Positions 1-13,408 of a stretch of DNA of 64,000 nucleotides are shown here, piece by piece. Where the stretch lies: assembly GCA_002633005.1 (NCBI GenBank), contig NMRA01000219.1:605593-669592 (forward strand), given 5' to 3'. Position 1 is the first letter of the stretch; every line of letters begins with the position of its first letter. The stretch is from Phoronis australis. Taxonomy: Eukaryota; Animalia; Phoronida. Made by a program: the position numbers and the translations under genes. Below the pieces are notes generated by a model. That model did no database searches. It was not told the DNA's origin and saw only the letters and a program-made list of their open reading frames with translations.

Positions 1-74
1 GAGATCAAGTTCAGGAGGAGAAGTTAGCAGTGCAGAAGGCATTACTACACTTTGAGAGTATTCACGGTCGACCG
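1..74 (+). CDS. FAM13A: FAM13A/B-family protein, internal coding exon (5' end outside window)
   Basis: Frame 3 reads DQVQEEKLAVQKALLHFESIHGRP, then a GT donor at 75. This matches the conserved FAM13 C-terminal 'QK.LL.FESIHGRP' block from memory. A/B/C paralogue not resolvable. Confidence 0.85.
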
Positions 75-641
75 GTAGGGGCTAAAATATGTCTTAATAA
101 TCTATTGTTAGTAAATCTGTATTGTTAGAGTTCAACTCATGCCAGTTATTCGTAGCTATGCTATAACATTCAATGATTTACAAGTAAAAATATCATTGTT
201 CTCAAAGTTCTTTTATAGTCTTTTGTTCTTTGGTAAAAGTTTTGTTGAGCACTTTTTCAACTGTTGAAACCTGGCCAACTTCAAAGAAAGAATGAAGTTG
301 TTTCTTAGCCAAAACAACATGTACGAGCTTCACTTCCACCACAGTATAATCACAGAAATTAAAAAAGTGTTAATTTACCTTTTTTCATTTTGTGTGACAT
401 GTTGGAAAATTCCGCATTCAGCATTCACCATTGTGTGAAACGCATTGTTCCAAGCGCTTAACATACCTTTAATTAAGACCATGACTTCATTTGCTTTGTA
501 CGTCAGCACTACACTTTTTAACATCCTTCTTATCATGTGTCCCTTTATGGATTCATAGGAATTTTTTGTAAAATTTTATCCCTTTGTGTGTGCGTGTGTG
601 TGTGGGTGCTCTTTATAGATAAATTATGTTTTATTTTGCAG

Positions 642-728
642 ACAACAAAACAAGATAAAGAGTTGATGAGGCCGTTATATGATCGCTATAGAAATGTGAA
701 AAAATTATTAGCCGCGAAGCCAGCATCA
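642..728 (+). CDS. FAM13A: FAM13A/B-family coding exon
   Basis: ttttgcAG acceptor, TTKQDKELMRPLYDRYRNVKKLLAAKPAS, GTAAGT donor; phase 0-0; FAM13 'M.PLYDRYR.VK' motif. Confidence 0.9.
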
Positions 729-2234
729 GTAAGTTTTCCACGTATGACCTCACATTATCTTTTATTGTAATTTTTCTAGACGTTGCTTCAATGTTCTGCA
801 GCTTTCCATTTGAATTGCACTCATTCTTCCACAAATTTATTGGAAGCTCAATGTGTTTTTGTTAAGTACAAGTTCATTGTGTGGTCTACCATGTATGTCA
901 GTTTTACTTGTGCTTTGTACATTGTTTGGTTTAGCAAAACTATCTTTTTAGTGTTTCTATGACGAAACGACCGCCTTCATCTGGCAGAGTTACTGTTTCT
1001 ACCAGAACCAAATTGACAGAATAGGTGGACAATTGTTGGGCAACATGGCGTTTGCTTTATTCCGCTCACCATGAAAGTGACTTGGAAATACTCGTCATGG
1101 CAACAAAATCCTGGCCGTTGATTAGCATTTCCCCTTGTTACCTTTGTAGTAAACTCCGCATCATTCCCAGTCCTGGTGGACGTATTCTATGGCGATGAAT
1201 TCCACTTGCTTCCACATGCCATGATGGGGGAAATCCGGGTCATTTTATTCAATTATTATTTTCAGCGTGTACTGTAGTTTTTTTTTTTACCGCGCCACGT
1301 GTTGTTAGAATTGAAGCTGACACATATAAATATGACTCAGTCAGACTGTGATAATTGGTCTGGAAAACAAAATATCCAGAAAAACACTCCAGTAGTTTAT
1401 GGCCAGAATCAGTGATTTTCAGGTTTTATGTTCTTCGTAATGTGTACACACCTCTTTGTCATTTTCTTTGATGTTGTCCTGCGTGATTTACAACCAGGTT
1501 GTTAAAGCCAGCTCAAGCACCTCTGAAAGCACACAGGTGATGGAGGAAATGTTTGTGTGTGGTAGATTGGCTCTTGTATATCTCTAACTTGTCTGTCTCT
1601 TCTAATTAACCAGTAGCTGTGTGTCATATGACATCAGGTCAAAGGTTATTCATTTTCTCATGAAGCAATCTTGTAGCTGTGAATTGAGTCACAAGATTTA
1701 TACTTGTTTTGGAAATTCTCATTATTTATTAATTATGTTAACAAAATTGGGGTTGCCAGCTTTGCCTACTTGTGACATTTTCCTTAATTAACATTGACCT
1801 GGCCGTGTATAATTCATAGGCGTTCAAATGAATCCATTTTAGTCTTACTAAAGGTTAGTGATAATTGCCAAAACGGTTTGGTTTGTTTATGGCCATAACG
1901 TAATGTATTCACTTAATAGTTAGTACTAGCGTCCAACGTGTGGGATGCAGATAGGTATTAACTCTGAGTTTGTGTGAAACTTGATTCAACCATGTAATGA
2001 CTAGGCCTCTTTCAAGAATCCTATAAAAATCTGCTGGATTTGTTCTGCTGTTGGTTTATCCATCTCTACTTCTATATGATTCGACTTAATTGCCCTTGTC
2101 AAAAATCATTGTTTTTTACTCTCACTATTCATTGGGATCAATACTTATACATCTCTTTTGTTTATCAAGAATTTATTAAGCTAATGATAATGTAGTGTGA
2201 TTTATTTTTAACTAGATAAGTTTTTTCTCTTCAG

Positions 2235-2303
2235 CCTAAAGACAAGGTGGATTTGGAGCCTGTACCTGAAAATCATTCCATGAATTTTACTCAAAAAGAA
2301 AAG
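2235..2303 (+). CDS. FAM13A: FAM13A/B-family coding exon (linker)
   Basis: Strong polypyrimidine tract + CAG, PKDKVDLEPVPENHSMNFTQKEK, GTAAGA donor; 69 nt, phase 0-0. Confidence 0.75.
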
Positions 2304-3130
2304 GTAAGAATTGTTTTTAGCATGTTGTCACGATTTTCTTTTTTATAATTAACTGCAAAGCTCGTATTAAGATTAACAAACTCACTTCTAATTTTTGTAC
2401 TGTAGTTTATATTTTTCTTTGAAATCTTTCATTTCCCTGAAGTCAATGCATTTTGTAGTTATTAAACTTTATAAAAATGTGTGCGTGCTGACCAGAATTA
2501 AAGTGTTTGCATTATTCAAACTTTTTCCAAAACTGAACACTTCAATTATAAAATATGATCCTGTGCACTAAAGCTGACAAAATTCTGTTGTAGTCACTGT
2601 TAAAGTCAATGAATTCTAGTTATCCAAACATTATCCAAAACTGGAGAGTTCTGTTTTACTTATAAGATATGATACTGCATATTAATGATAGCAAATTTCT
2701 TTCAAAGTCATTGTTAAAGTTTTGTGCAGGCCATTTTTCTGCTTTAGCGACAGGAAAATGCATTCCAAAAATAAAAAAGTAATTGACAAAAATATGTGAA
2801 GAGAATTAAGATAGAAAAATGCTGATTCAAATTTTGCAGATTTTCTGTAGGAATGCATTTTCTTAAACTGTTATTTATGTTGTGTAGTGCTCTTATCAAA
2901 TAAATCTGTGCGGTTGGAAAGTAGATAATAAATTAATTTGAATGAAATAATTTAATTTATGTCAACCCAAATTGGTACCTTGACAGTTCTAATTGTCCAC
3001 ATCAGCTGACATCAGGAGAAGCTAATGTTGTCATTGTAACAATTCAACAGGTTTTGTTCCAACAAATTGATTTATTTTCTAGCGCCGCCAGTTGTCACAC
3101 GTATATCATTTTATCGTAATTCCATTCCAG

Positions 3131-3315
3131 CCGAGTGCAGAAGAATTAGGCACCACTGATTTTATGGTGACCCAGAACCTGGCTCTGCTTAAAGAGACGA
3201 CACAGCATAATGTGGTCAGTGACAGTAAAGCTGAAGACAGTGATAATGAGGAGGGCGATAGTCCAGACAGACAGGCTAAGACTTCAGGACATTCTCACCT
3301 GCATGCCCTGTCTGT
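3131..3315 (+). CDS. FAM13A: FAM13A/B-family coding exon
   Basis: ttccAG acceptor, PSAEELGTTDF...SHLHALSV, GTGAGT donor at 3316 (phase 2); 'LHA.S' precedes the final FAM13 helix. Confidence 0.8.
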
Positions 3316-4575
3316 GTGAGTGTTTGTGTGGGGTGAACAAAATTCAAGCTAGTCTGGAGAGTGTTCGGTAGACCTAAGTTCTCACGAGACTTACGAAATC
3401 ACGAGGGAAAAGTGAGCGTTTCGCTAGTATGCTCTTGAGCTTACTGGCCTGTCTTATTAAAATGATTGGTCGGCGAGGTTGGAATGTTGAATTGTGGGAT
3501 TGAATTCTGTGATACCTTTCCATAAGTGAGAATTTTTCACCGTGAATGCTAGCTAATGTCTTGCGATCTAAAGAACTCAACCTTCAAGAACCGCATAAAT
3601 CTTCTTTTTTTGTGCTTTTTATGCAGTGGGTTGTAAAATGTGACTAGTGCAAGTACGGTTGAAGACAACACTCAAGCTTATAAGGATTCTAACTTCCTCT
3701 AAAGTCAACTCATAATTTCAGACCTACACACATTTGGTATTGGTCAGATATTTCTTAGTGTGCCAATGGATGCAGCGTGTGTTGTTCTGAAATTGAAAGG
3801 ACTTGGAAGAAGCTAGAATCGGGGGAAGACAGTGTTGTCTTCTGCTGCTCTTGTATAGTTCATGAGAAAATAATTTTGTTTTCAAAAGTATTGTGATGTG
3901 TAAAAGAAATACAGCTGATTAAAAAGGAATTGTTTTTATAAGAAACTAAATTTGTCAATGAGAACACGGTTTGTGAATAAGAAAGCCTGGATATTTTAAA
4001 ATATGTGGTATTTGCCCTTTAATATTATTTTCGGTGCAGAAGTGGAAACACAATTTGACTGTGTTTACAAAAGTTGTGTACAAAATTTTGCCTGCTAATT
4101 TAACCCTGAGTGAGGTTGGTAACTGAATGATAGTTGGGGTAGTAACTGCATGAGCTGGCAGCATTTCGCTACATTGAAAGGGAAAATTGTGTTTGTGGGA
4201 AAAACCAATTTTCGGTTTAGTTACCAAAGATATTATCCCTCTTATACAGAATACCAAACTCGGTTTTGTCGTATTAACAGATACTAAAAACAACTTCCCA
4301 TTCTGTTCTCTAGAACAAAATAATGCTCTCTAACCCTCAACAAACTTCAAAAGTTTTTAGGGAAATTTGAAAACTCCTTTCAAAGTCTGCTAAATGGGCA
4401 AGCGTGACCTACGCTTCAAGCGAATTACACAGCAACTGTGGGAAAAGAACACCCATCAAGGACCATAATGTCCAATCTGCGACATAAGGAGTATCAGTTT
4501 TTAGTTCCTTTCTTTATCTTTCAAGATTGACACAGTGATGCCGTAGCAGGTGGCAGAATGAGGGTTGGTTGAAAT

Positions 4576-4747
4576 ATTAAAACAGGGTTTAGTATCCTTT
4601 TAAGAGCAATACATCTCAGTAATAGCAACTTTATTAAAACAGGGTTTAATATCCTTTTAAGAGCAATACATCTCAGTAATAGCAACTTTATTAAAACAGG
4701 GTTTAATATCCTTTTAAGAGCAATACATCTCAGTAAACAACAACTTT
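4576..4747. repeat. Tandem repeat, 3 x 57 bp, in FAM13 intron
   Basis: Unit attaaaacagggttta(g/a)tatccttttaagagcaatacatctcagtaatagcaacttt starts at 4576, 4633 and 4690. Confidence 0.95.
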
Positions 4748-5114
4748 TTCTCGCGAGATAAGCTTTTGTACACTATTCTGGATGAGATGTTTGTGTTAGT
4801 TTTCTGCAGTTTTATTGGTTTGTGAGTCAAGCTCGGAGATATTGCACGCTGAAGCAAACAAACTGCAGATCGATCTACCACTAGATTTATTTGCCTGGAG
4901 TTGGGTCTACCAAACTTTACTTGAGACTCGACTCAAATTGACCAATTGTGTGACGAGCTTCGAAAAAACTTTCTGATTTGACGCGATGTGATTGGTTAGT
5001 TTTGTTAGTGGTCTCGGTTAAAGTTTGGTGGTGATGGGCTCAGTTGCTAGGTTTTCATTAGCAAGAAAAACTTGTTAATGAATTTGTAATGGATTGCATG
5101 AAATTCCATTACAG

Positions 5115-5216
5115 GCGTGAATTACTAGATGAGCAGCACAGAGCAAAGTTAGATAAAAAGCATTTACGAAAAATATTACGTGAGTTTGAAGATGGATTTC
5201 AAAAGCAGCACGGCAG
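5115..5216 (+). CDS. FAM13A: FAM13A/B-family coding exon
   Basis: RELLDEQHRAKLDKKHLRKILREFEDGFQKQHGR, phase 2-2, GTGAGT donor; FAM13 'KK..RK.LR.FED.F..Q.GR' motif. Confidence 0.9.
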
Positions 5217-5563
5217 GTGAGTAATTTATCACAAATAAATTGTATGGCACTATTACTCGAGAAGTCTGCCCCGTGTTGTGACCAGGTACAGTGAGACCGG
5301 CTTTATGGCTTGTATACATCGGTTTCATCTGAAAGTACAACGCAGCACTTGCGTTCATTTGCCCGTTACTGAAAATAAAATCATGGGCGTGTCTTGGGTG
5401 ATTAAGTAAAATGATAAGTATGATGAAGTTATATTGCAAAAGAAATGCAAAAATGTTATGTCTACAAATTTTTGTTGAACAGATAAAATTGTGTAGAATT
5501 CATTTATTCTTCAGTACATAATTGCTCCTAAAGGTGATTCTGTGTGCCATGTTTTGTTTACAG

Positions 5564-5618
5564 GAAGGTACTAAAGGAGGACAGGGCTCCCATGGCAACT
5601 GAGTATGAGGACTACAAG
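5564..5618 (+). CDS. FAM13A: FAM13A/B-family coding exon
   Basis: tttacAG acceptor, KVLKEDRAPMATEYEDYK, GT donor at 5619; FAM13 'KEDR.PMA.EY..YK' motif. Confidence 0.9.
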
Positions 5619-6351
5619 GTGTGTTCTGGTCTTTAACTGGTTTGTGATTGCAGGTTGGGCCAGGGGTGGGGATATGTCCCTCACGGCAATTTTCTGCATT
5701 GGGCATAACCCGGGTGCCTTTTCAAAACACCCTCGAAATTGTGAAATTTGGGATTACTATGATGGCTACCAGGAGATTATGAAGTACTCCCTATAGCATA
5801 GGAAATAAAAGCTCTGCTATGAAGTAATTTACACTGAGCAGTTGCATGGGGGATAACAGATTTCTTTGTAATGTTCCACATATTTACCAATGTTTTATCT
5901 GCAGTGTAATGTAAAAACAACTACGGTATTTTCTGAAAGTTACAAGTTATTGAGTGCTACATCTGTGGATCAAAAATGGCCAGCTTCAAAGTAAGATAAA
6001 ATAAATATGAAGTGGATTATTAAGTCAAAAATAACACCATGTTCTATGAGACCCATACCAGCCACCATTTAAGAACAGACAATCAAAAGTCATAATTTGC
6101 TTGACCTCACTGTTGATGTTTTGTAAGGATTGCAGAATTAAATCGAAAAAGATTTAACATTTGCCACTGTGTGAAACGGGATGTCCTAAGGTAATAACCA
6201 TATTACCAAACCAGCGCCTTGTCTTGATTAAATACCAAAAAATGGATGTTTCAATAAATTAAAGTAATTCTTTTGGGTGCTTGGAAAAGATGGCTAGTTC
6301 ATTTTAGTTTGTTACTCTATATTCAAATTTGTCTCTTTACCTGTTTTGCAG

Positions 6352-6420
6352 CAAGTCAAATCTAAACTGCGTCTGCTGGAAGCACTAATATCAAAACATG
6401 ATGGTACAGCGAACATGTAG
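6352..6420 (+). CDS. FAM13A: FAM13A/B-family terminal coding exon
   Basis: ttttgcAG acceptor, QVKSKLRLLEALISKHDGTANM-stop; FAM13 C-terminus 'K.KLRLLE.LISK'. Candidate AATAAA at 6922 and 7915. Confidence 0.9.
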   Translation, partial: QVKSKLRLLEALISKHDGTANM

Positions 6421-8216
6421 AACTGCTGATGGATGGATTTATTATTTGGTGGATGAAGCTTTAATAGGTTGAGATAGAAACAGTTCTGCGTAAAGCTACG
6501 CATACCGGTCTTTTGACTGAAAAGATCGTCTTCATAAAAACAGTGTGGAATCACCAAGATTGATTTCGGAATGGGAGGCTTTAACTGACCAAAGATGTAT
6601 GAGGAATGATGTTGCCAAGGTTTATTTGTCAATAAGTTGTGACTGTGTGCTGGAATTTGTCTTGCCAAAAACATTCAGATGAAATCTTATTTTCATATCG
6701 ATCTCGACATTATTATTATTACAGTTAAATGCATTGCGTTTGTTACACTGCAAAGTAAATCTTATTTGAAGGTCAGAAAAAGCTTAAGGTAAAAATTTTT
6801 ATAAAAAATTTGATCACATAAATGCGATCCTGGCTTTGACCCGGTTTATGTGAATTATGATCTCAAATACACGTGTGGCAGTGTAATAGTTTCTTTTCTT
6901 GGGTAGTGGTTAAGGCTATGTAATAAAAACAAATGTAGAATTATGTGTAAGAGAAATCTGTGATAGCGCACGTTAGCGGATGTTCGGATAACAGCGGGTT
7001 GGACTGGTTATTCAGTTGTTGTGTACAGAGATTGGTTTTATTTTCAAAATGCCTAAGTCCGTCTGTGAGCGTGCATAGAATCAGATACTAGTTTTGAATT
7101 TGAAATCTCATTGTTGACAATTCTCATTGATGGTGTTTTAGTGATTTTGGTGAAGTGCCGCTGCATTTCGTACCCAGTAGAGTGTATTTTAGAATAAGAC
7201 TTTTAAGGTTATCTTTTAGGCACTGCGAGAAGTTGATGTTGAGGGATTTAATAAGTCCTACAATATTTAGAAATTACTGTGGGATTAGCCATGCTGAAAC
7301 GCTTAAGAATTTGTTTTGTTTTGTTATAGATCTCATAGTTTTTCTTTAATTAGTACAGTGATGACAGTGAGTACTTTGAGATTTAAGACATTGCCACATT
7401 CATATGATCTAATGAGCCTTTAACTCAGCAATGGTACATGCACAATCTCAAATTCACAAATTTTACGAGGTTGACCCTCCTCAATGAGCGCAGAAGCATT
7501 TTCTTGGGATGCTGATTGGATGATTTCATGAAATTACTTCGCGTTTCCTGAAAATTTAGTTGGCGCTGCATTAATGCTCTTAAAAGTTGATAATGATAGT
7601 GTTAATTTGTGAAACGAATTACTTCATCTTAGTTTTGTTTCATGACAAAGCGGTGTTTACAAAGAATGATGGATAATTTATGAATATGAGTGTTCGTTCT
7701 TTTGGAGTAGTTCTTTTGAAGAATCGTTGATCGATCAATATTTATGTTTTCTATGAGTTAACCAAGGGGTATTTTTTAGCTTTTTAACCTGTTATCATTG
7801 AGAAGAACAAGTAATTACAAAGTTGCCACATCAAATATTCTGTGTCAAAGTAAGAGTTTTTGGAATGACTGACTATTTTGTAATCCAAACCAATCGTTTA
7901 TTTTAAGTCTTGGCAATAAAGTCCTTTCTGCCATTTGTGATATAAATTTCTTTTCTTTGCCCACTGCTTCTGGTGGGCTTATGGATGGAGGGTGTTGTCT
8001 CTGGTTCATTTTTAATAAGAAATTTATTCAATGTCAGATAACAGCTACATTATATAGGGTCATAAATTTTGGGCCTTCGAAAACTTACAATGACGGAGGA
8101 GTGACTTGACAGTCGTAACGACAATAAGAGGTGAAAAAGTTGAGGGGTATCTCAAAAATTGTGGTTACTGCTGGACAGCTCAAAGGGTCCTAGACCCTTT
8201 AACTTTAGGGGCCCAG

Positions 8217-8600
8217 TGGCTGGTTGCACGAAACGGTCCCAAATAGCGACTCGACTGAGTCTCCTAAATCTTTTGCGTATTTGTGCCGTTCTTTACTCAC
8301 AGGTATAATATTTTTTCTCCTCTTTTGACTAATGACATTTTCTAATAATAAAACTAAACCCCTAAACCCTTAATTCAATCAAAATAATTAGGGAGGCAGT
8401 CCTTAAATTAGTGGCATTGCACGAAAAGTATTTTTGATAAAATTGATAATTCACTCTCTATTTGCATCAAAGCCACAAATTAGCATAAGCAATGATACTC
8501 AAACAGTACAAGAAAGAACAATCATTGTTTTCACAAGCCCACAAATACGTAGTAGATTTATGGAACGTAGTTGAGTCCCTTCTTTTGATGCAACCTGGCA
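8217..8600. mobile_element. MITE, Harbinger-like, with CAG target-site duplication
   Basis: Imperfect TIRs tggctggttgcacgaaa..gcgactcgact / agttgagtccc..ttttgatgcaacctggca; CAG on both flanks (8214-8216, 8601-8603). Confidence 0.55.
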
Positions 8601-9387
8601 CAGAAACCTTATTTGTTCAAATTGTGTGCCCTGGTGATCGAAGAGGTCGCGGTCAGTGAACGGGGTTTTCTATTGCGAATAGAAGTTCTGGGTATTCTCG
8701 GTAATTTCTTCCTGTACTGTGTTAAACTTATTTTTCTTCAATAAAACTTCCGGTCTAGTAGATTTTTAACGCAATATACACGAGGAGGTTTTTTTCTGAA
8801 AAAGAATGTGGTAGAGAGAAATTTTGATGAAAAAGGAAAGCTCCAGATATGGTAGATTTTTTTACTTCGAAGAACCATTGCAATGTTATAAATGTCTTGC
8901 AGGTGATTGGGTCACGTATCCCTGCCCCAGAAATAACAATTATTGTAAGTTGGGTCAAGCCTACGCGAGCGTGGTATGTAATCGATGCACTAAACCTGCG
9001 CGTACTAAACCAGCCTCCCGTTCAGTAACGCTAGGACCTCGCTACTAAAAAAGCGAGACTTCGCGAAATTAAGTGAGATATTGCTTTGTATTTTAAATGA
9101 GAACACGACGTGATTTCGGTTAGATTTTTGGTAGGTCCTAGCGTGCTTTCCGTATAATCACGAAAACCTCGCGAAAATACAAGACTTCGCGAGATATTAC
9201 TGTGTAGGCCCCCCTATTAGTATCACAAACGATGCATGTAATACTTTCTTCGCGAAGTTCTTGCATCTATTGAACTCAATCGTGTTCTCTACTTATAGAC
9301 TTCTGGCCTTTTCACTCTTTCTAAATGACTCTCGCTGTTTCAGTGCGTTATATAGGGGACATTGCGTAGGACAAAGTCGGTGACCTG

Positions 9388-9635
9388 GGGCCCGTTCCAA
9401 CAAAACTGGCTTAGCTAAGACAAATCTTAAATTTTAGTAAATTTTAAAATAAAAGTTAAATTTGTCTCGAAACCAATTCAACTGAGAGAGATATCTTAGG
9501 TTTGACTTAAGTGTTTGACATAAATTTTGTCTTAATTTTGACTAGCTTACCGAAAGTGGAAGTAAGTTTGGAAGTTAAGACAAGTCTCAATCTTAAGTCA
9601 AAAATGAACTTAAGTCAGTTTCTTGGAACAGGCCC
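9388..9635. mobile_element. MITE, PIF/Harbinger-like
   Basis: TIRs gggcccgttccaacaaaactggctta / taagtcagtttcttggaacaggccc; interior rich in cttaag/taagac subrepeats; TSD not preserved. Confidence 0.7.
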
Positions 9636-10430
9636 TTTATCTCCCTTTTGAGAACGTCATTTGGTTCCTGAGGCTCTGACTCTGGCGTCACTGATCATGT
9701 AAGGCCAATAACTGAGAGCGGGGTCTGTGTAGTAGGTGCCGGAGACCGGCGTGTTTGTCTCATGGGCATAAATACGTGAAATCCAGTAAAAAAAAGTTAC
9801 TTAAGCGTGCAGTCAACAGGTTGTCAGCTAAGAAAAAAGCGTTTTTTTTTGCCTTTTTAAACTTGGGCATATAGTTGTGCCATGATATCCTCTTCTCTGA
9901 ATTCCTGATTTTCGCCCATCTCACTTTTGACGGCTGTTAACCCTTGACTTGTAAGCGCTTGCTTTGAAATTTAAAATAGTTTTCCCTTTCTTATAGGAAT
10001 TTCTATACGAATTCCTATAGGAAATCTTATCCTATAGGAATCCTATAGGATCCTATTGAATATTTTCGTATGGGATTGCACTAGAGAGCTATAAAGTTGC
10101 TTTGTGCCCTGTACTAGTAGAAATACTAAAAACTCCCTTTGATTTTTGGTACATTTTATGTTTTAGACTGAGCACCAAAGTTTTTGAAATGTTTGGGCAC
10201 TCTAATTTGTAAGTCCTGAATTAATGTTCAGGAGTTTCATTGATATTTTCAGTGAGTTTGAAATACTGTATTTGTAAGATGCAGAGTTCATTACGCCCTT
10301 TAAATTTCAGCCACTATGCAACGAACACCAAACCCGGCCGCCACATGCCATGTCCGTTCGATCCCCAGTCCACGTCAAAAATACACTGTACCCGGTGATC
10401 AAACTCCATTCACCATCCCATTGCCAGTTG

Positions 10431-10660
10431 ATTGGACTGGTCCCGCGCGCAACCGGTTGTTTCAGTGAGAGTCGCGGCAACCGTTGGGGAGTTTCCAAAA
10501 TTGAAATACATAACGACGCTCCCTTTCCGTAGTTGGGCGGCGTCGAAAATTTCTGGATTGGTCGGCGCACTTTCAGTGCAGGATACTTTTTACTACATTG
10601 AAAAAAAAATTTAAAAAAATAAAATGGGCGCGCAGTGCTCAACACTGAGCGCCTTAGCAA
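10431..10660 (+). promoter_or_regulatory. Putative THEG-like gene promoter (CpG-rich)
   Basis: ATTGG (CCAAT) at 10431 and 10557, MYB-type CAACCG at 10450 (palindrome CAACCGGTTG) and 10478, TTGAAA at 10501, GGGCGG at 10535, RFX half-site TTAGCAAC near 10653; 500-700 bp upstream of the ATG. Confidence 0.45.
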
Positions 10661-11159
10661 CTTAACTTTCCAGGCCGGTCGGCCTCTACCTTGTCTCCCT
10701 GCACTGAATGAACTGATTTTAGTCCGGCGTCTCACGTTTTTCCAGACCGAACAAATACTATACTATTCGTAGAACAATATTACTGGTAATAATTTTTTAT
10801 TGGCAAAGAAGCGTAGTGGCAGCAAAATAGTTAGCGCTGCCAAAGAGCTTCAAGATATACATCGAGCGCCTACTGCGTAGCACCTACGACTACCGTAGCC
10901 GCTCCGGCGCTGGTCTACGCCAAGCGCGGTACCGGACGGCTGATCGAGCTACACCTCCCCCCCTCTTTCCGACTACAACGCAGATGAGAGAAACCCCGAA
11001 CACCATTTTCTCGTTCCCGCTTTGTTGCGATTATTAGTTCACTACGCCACTCGATCTTTGACTGCTCACGGTATCGACCAGTCTGTTGCCCATTCATCGC
11101 GTTCATAGTAACCCCCTTGACAACGACCTGCTGGGCCTTTTGTATACATTCGGTTCATC

Positions 11160-11172
11160 ATGGCGGTACAAG
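11160..11172 (+). CDS. THEG: THEG/SPMAP2-like protein, coding exon 1
   Basis: catcATGGCG start, MAVQ, then GTAAGT donor (phase 1). Full model 11160-11172, 11259-11325, 13344-13408, 13875-13959, 14952-15507 = 786 nt, 261 aa, all phases compatible. Confidence 0.7.
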
Positions 11173-11258
11173 GTAAGTCTATCGCACATTGCGCTCCGAA
11201 TTTTTCAATTTTATGAGTTGTTTGACTGTATTAAATGTATTTTTTTATTTAATTCTAG

Positions 11259-11325
11259 CTCAATCGCGTCGGATCGACACCCTGGCGCAACACAAGACCT
11301 TCCATCCCAATTTTCTCGAAGACAG
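11259..11325 (+). CDS. THEG: THEG/SPMAP2-like protein, exon 2
   Basis: ttctAG acceptor, AQSRRIDTLAQHKTFHPNFLEDR, GTAAGC donor; THEG repeat 'RI..LA.HK'. Confidence 0.8.
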
Positions 11326-13343
11326 GTAAGCCGAAATTGCGCGAACTCATCTCGCGATTGTAGGGCTGAACCACGGCTTCAAAGCACATGACATCGTGTT
11401 ACTGACATGGGCCAAGGGGACACAGTCGTTAGGACTAGCTGAGAAAGTCAGGTCGTTATAATTTGTTCATGTAAAAATGTGGGTATCTGATCCGCGCCGA
11501 GGAAGCCCGTAGCTATCCGGTTAGCGCTGAGACCAGCCAAGAGTCCTGGAGGAGCCAGGCGGACCACTGCTGGGATGGTGTATGAATGGGTGAATTCATG
11601 TTTTGAACAGGTTTAACAATTCGTATAACATTCAGAAATTAACACCCAGCAAATTGGACTTATAAGCAAGTCACTAATTATTCACAAAACAAATGAACAT
11701 CATCTGCGTTTCAGATTTCGGTGTCAAAACACTGACATTAACCACAAAATTTCACTTTTCTCTTTGAATTGTCAGATAAATAACATGTGATTGAAACTCA
11801 CGAACATCAGGTTGATGTCACCACAGATCCATGATCGTAACCAAAAAAGGCCTAACAATGAACAATCACAGACTTCTGGCGTAACAGCGTGGATATAACG
11901 AGAAATCCATGATAACGAGTACAGAAAAGGGATACCCTGAACCCCTCACACCCATACAGGCCTGGCAGTAAACATTACCACACAAGCTGCGGACAATTAA
12001 TGTAGTTAATAACCACGTGAAATAATGAATAGTTTGTTTTCTCAACTGACTTACTCAGATGCCGAAACCCGCCTTAATTATTTTGACTACTAGCGACTAC
12101 AATTCTCATTGTTCTGTCCTTTTGACCACTTACCCACACAAACTTGAAGTTGCTCTGAATTGTCCTTATTCAGGTGACTGATTTCCAAGTTTTCCAGAAC
12201 TGGCAGTTTGTTCAGCATCTGTTGTGACCATCATCAGAACACTCAGACAAAGTTGAGCAGTAAAAGCCTTTTGTCAAAGACCTGAAATCCTCTCCAATTT
12301 GACTACATCATGAACAATTTGCAAGAGCAGTATGGTTCTTAATCAAAAGTTGGTTTTTGTGTTATAAGGTGGCTTTATTGCCATTTTAAGGGTTAGTATC
12401 AAAACATCAAAATGGCGTAAAAAAATTTCTTTCCAGTTTGCTCTTCATTTATTTGCTTTTTATAACATCGATTTCTCATGATTCAGTGACATCCTTCTGA
12501 TAGTTTATGAATTTCAAATACTCTATCTACACAAAGTGCAAATGATTGTAATCACTACAGGGTATTATGATATTTGTATTGGCAACGGACATAATGTTAT
12601 GTTTGATTTCTACACATAATGTAACACTGCTTATGCGTGCTTTATTGATTAGAAAATGTGTAGTCACGTTTCCATGGATTGTAAATTGATTTAAAATTCT
12701 ACTCTCACATAAACCAGGTGTTTGAATCTCATTGCTTTAATAGCACTTTCTGAAATAAATAGCAACTTGAACAGGGATTGAAACTGATTTTTTAAATTGT
12801 TTGACTTCTGAAATTGAATTTCATGTGAAAGCCAGGATAATTTTTCTTCAAAGAAATACAATTAGAAAAACGATGAAATGTCATTCGGTTTATTGATCTG
12901 AGTTTCATTTAATTGGGACGTGTTCACTAGATGAGAGATATATGAAGTCAGCTGTGAGATATGTCCCTCGATGTTGTTGTGCTGACATTGGTTCAAACAA
13001 GTAGAACGGATATTTTAGGTGACAAAAGCATACCTGGTTTTGAGTAGATGTACAGTATACTGTCCATACTGTGTAGATTTGTCTTACCATGTGATGGGAC
13101 CTTTATAGCTAGAAGTTAATACTTGGAAGAACCATTACTCACGGTGCAGGGATCATCATGTTAGGGAGACTTCCAGTGTTTAACTTCACCTGTAGAGGAC
13201 GCATCGTGTGGTGAAATAAGTTTATGCCATTGGGGGTGAAATAGCTTACACCTAAATTGCCACGGGTACACTTCATTTGTTTCAAAAGGTTTCAATGCCA
13301 TTAATGGAATCGAGAAAAGAAATTTTCATATTGTCCTTTACAG

Positions 13344-13408
13344 GAGGTCTCTCTATTGGATTGACAAGATGCCAGCTCAGCCAGGAGGTGATGGTATCAC
13401 TGTCTCAG
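13344..13408 (+). CDS. THEG: THEG/SPMAP2-like protein, exon 3
   Basis: tttacAG acceptor, RSLYWIDKMPAQPGGDGITVS, GTAAAC donor; phase 2-1. Confidence 0.75.

Noticed and set aside
10831-11037. GC-rich open frame with KSFKIYIERLLRS, faintly like histone H2B helix 1
   Set aside because: No start codon and no further histone-fold similarity; more likely CpG-rich 5' UTR or promoter of THEG.
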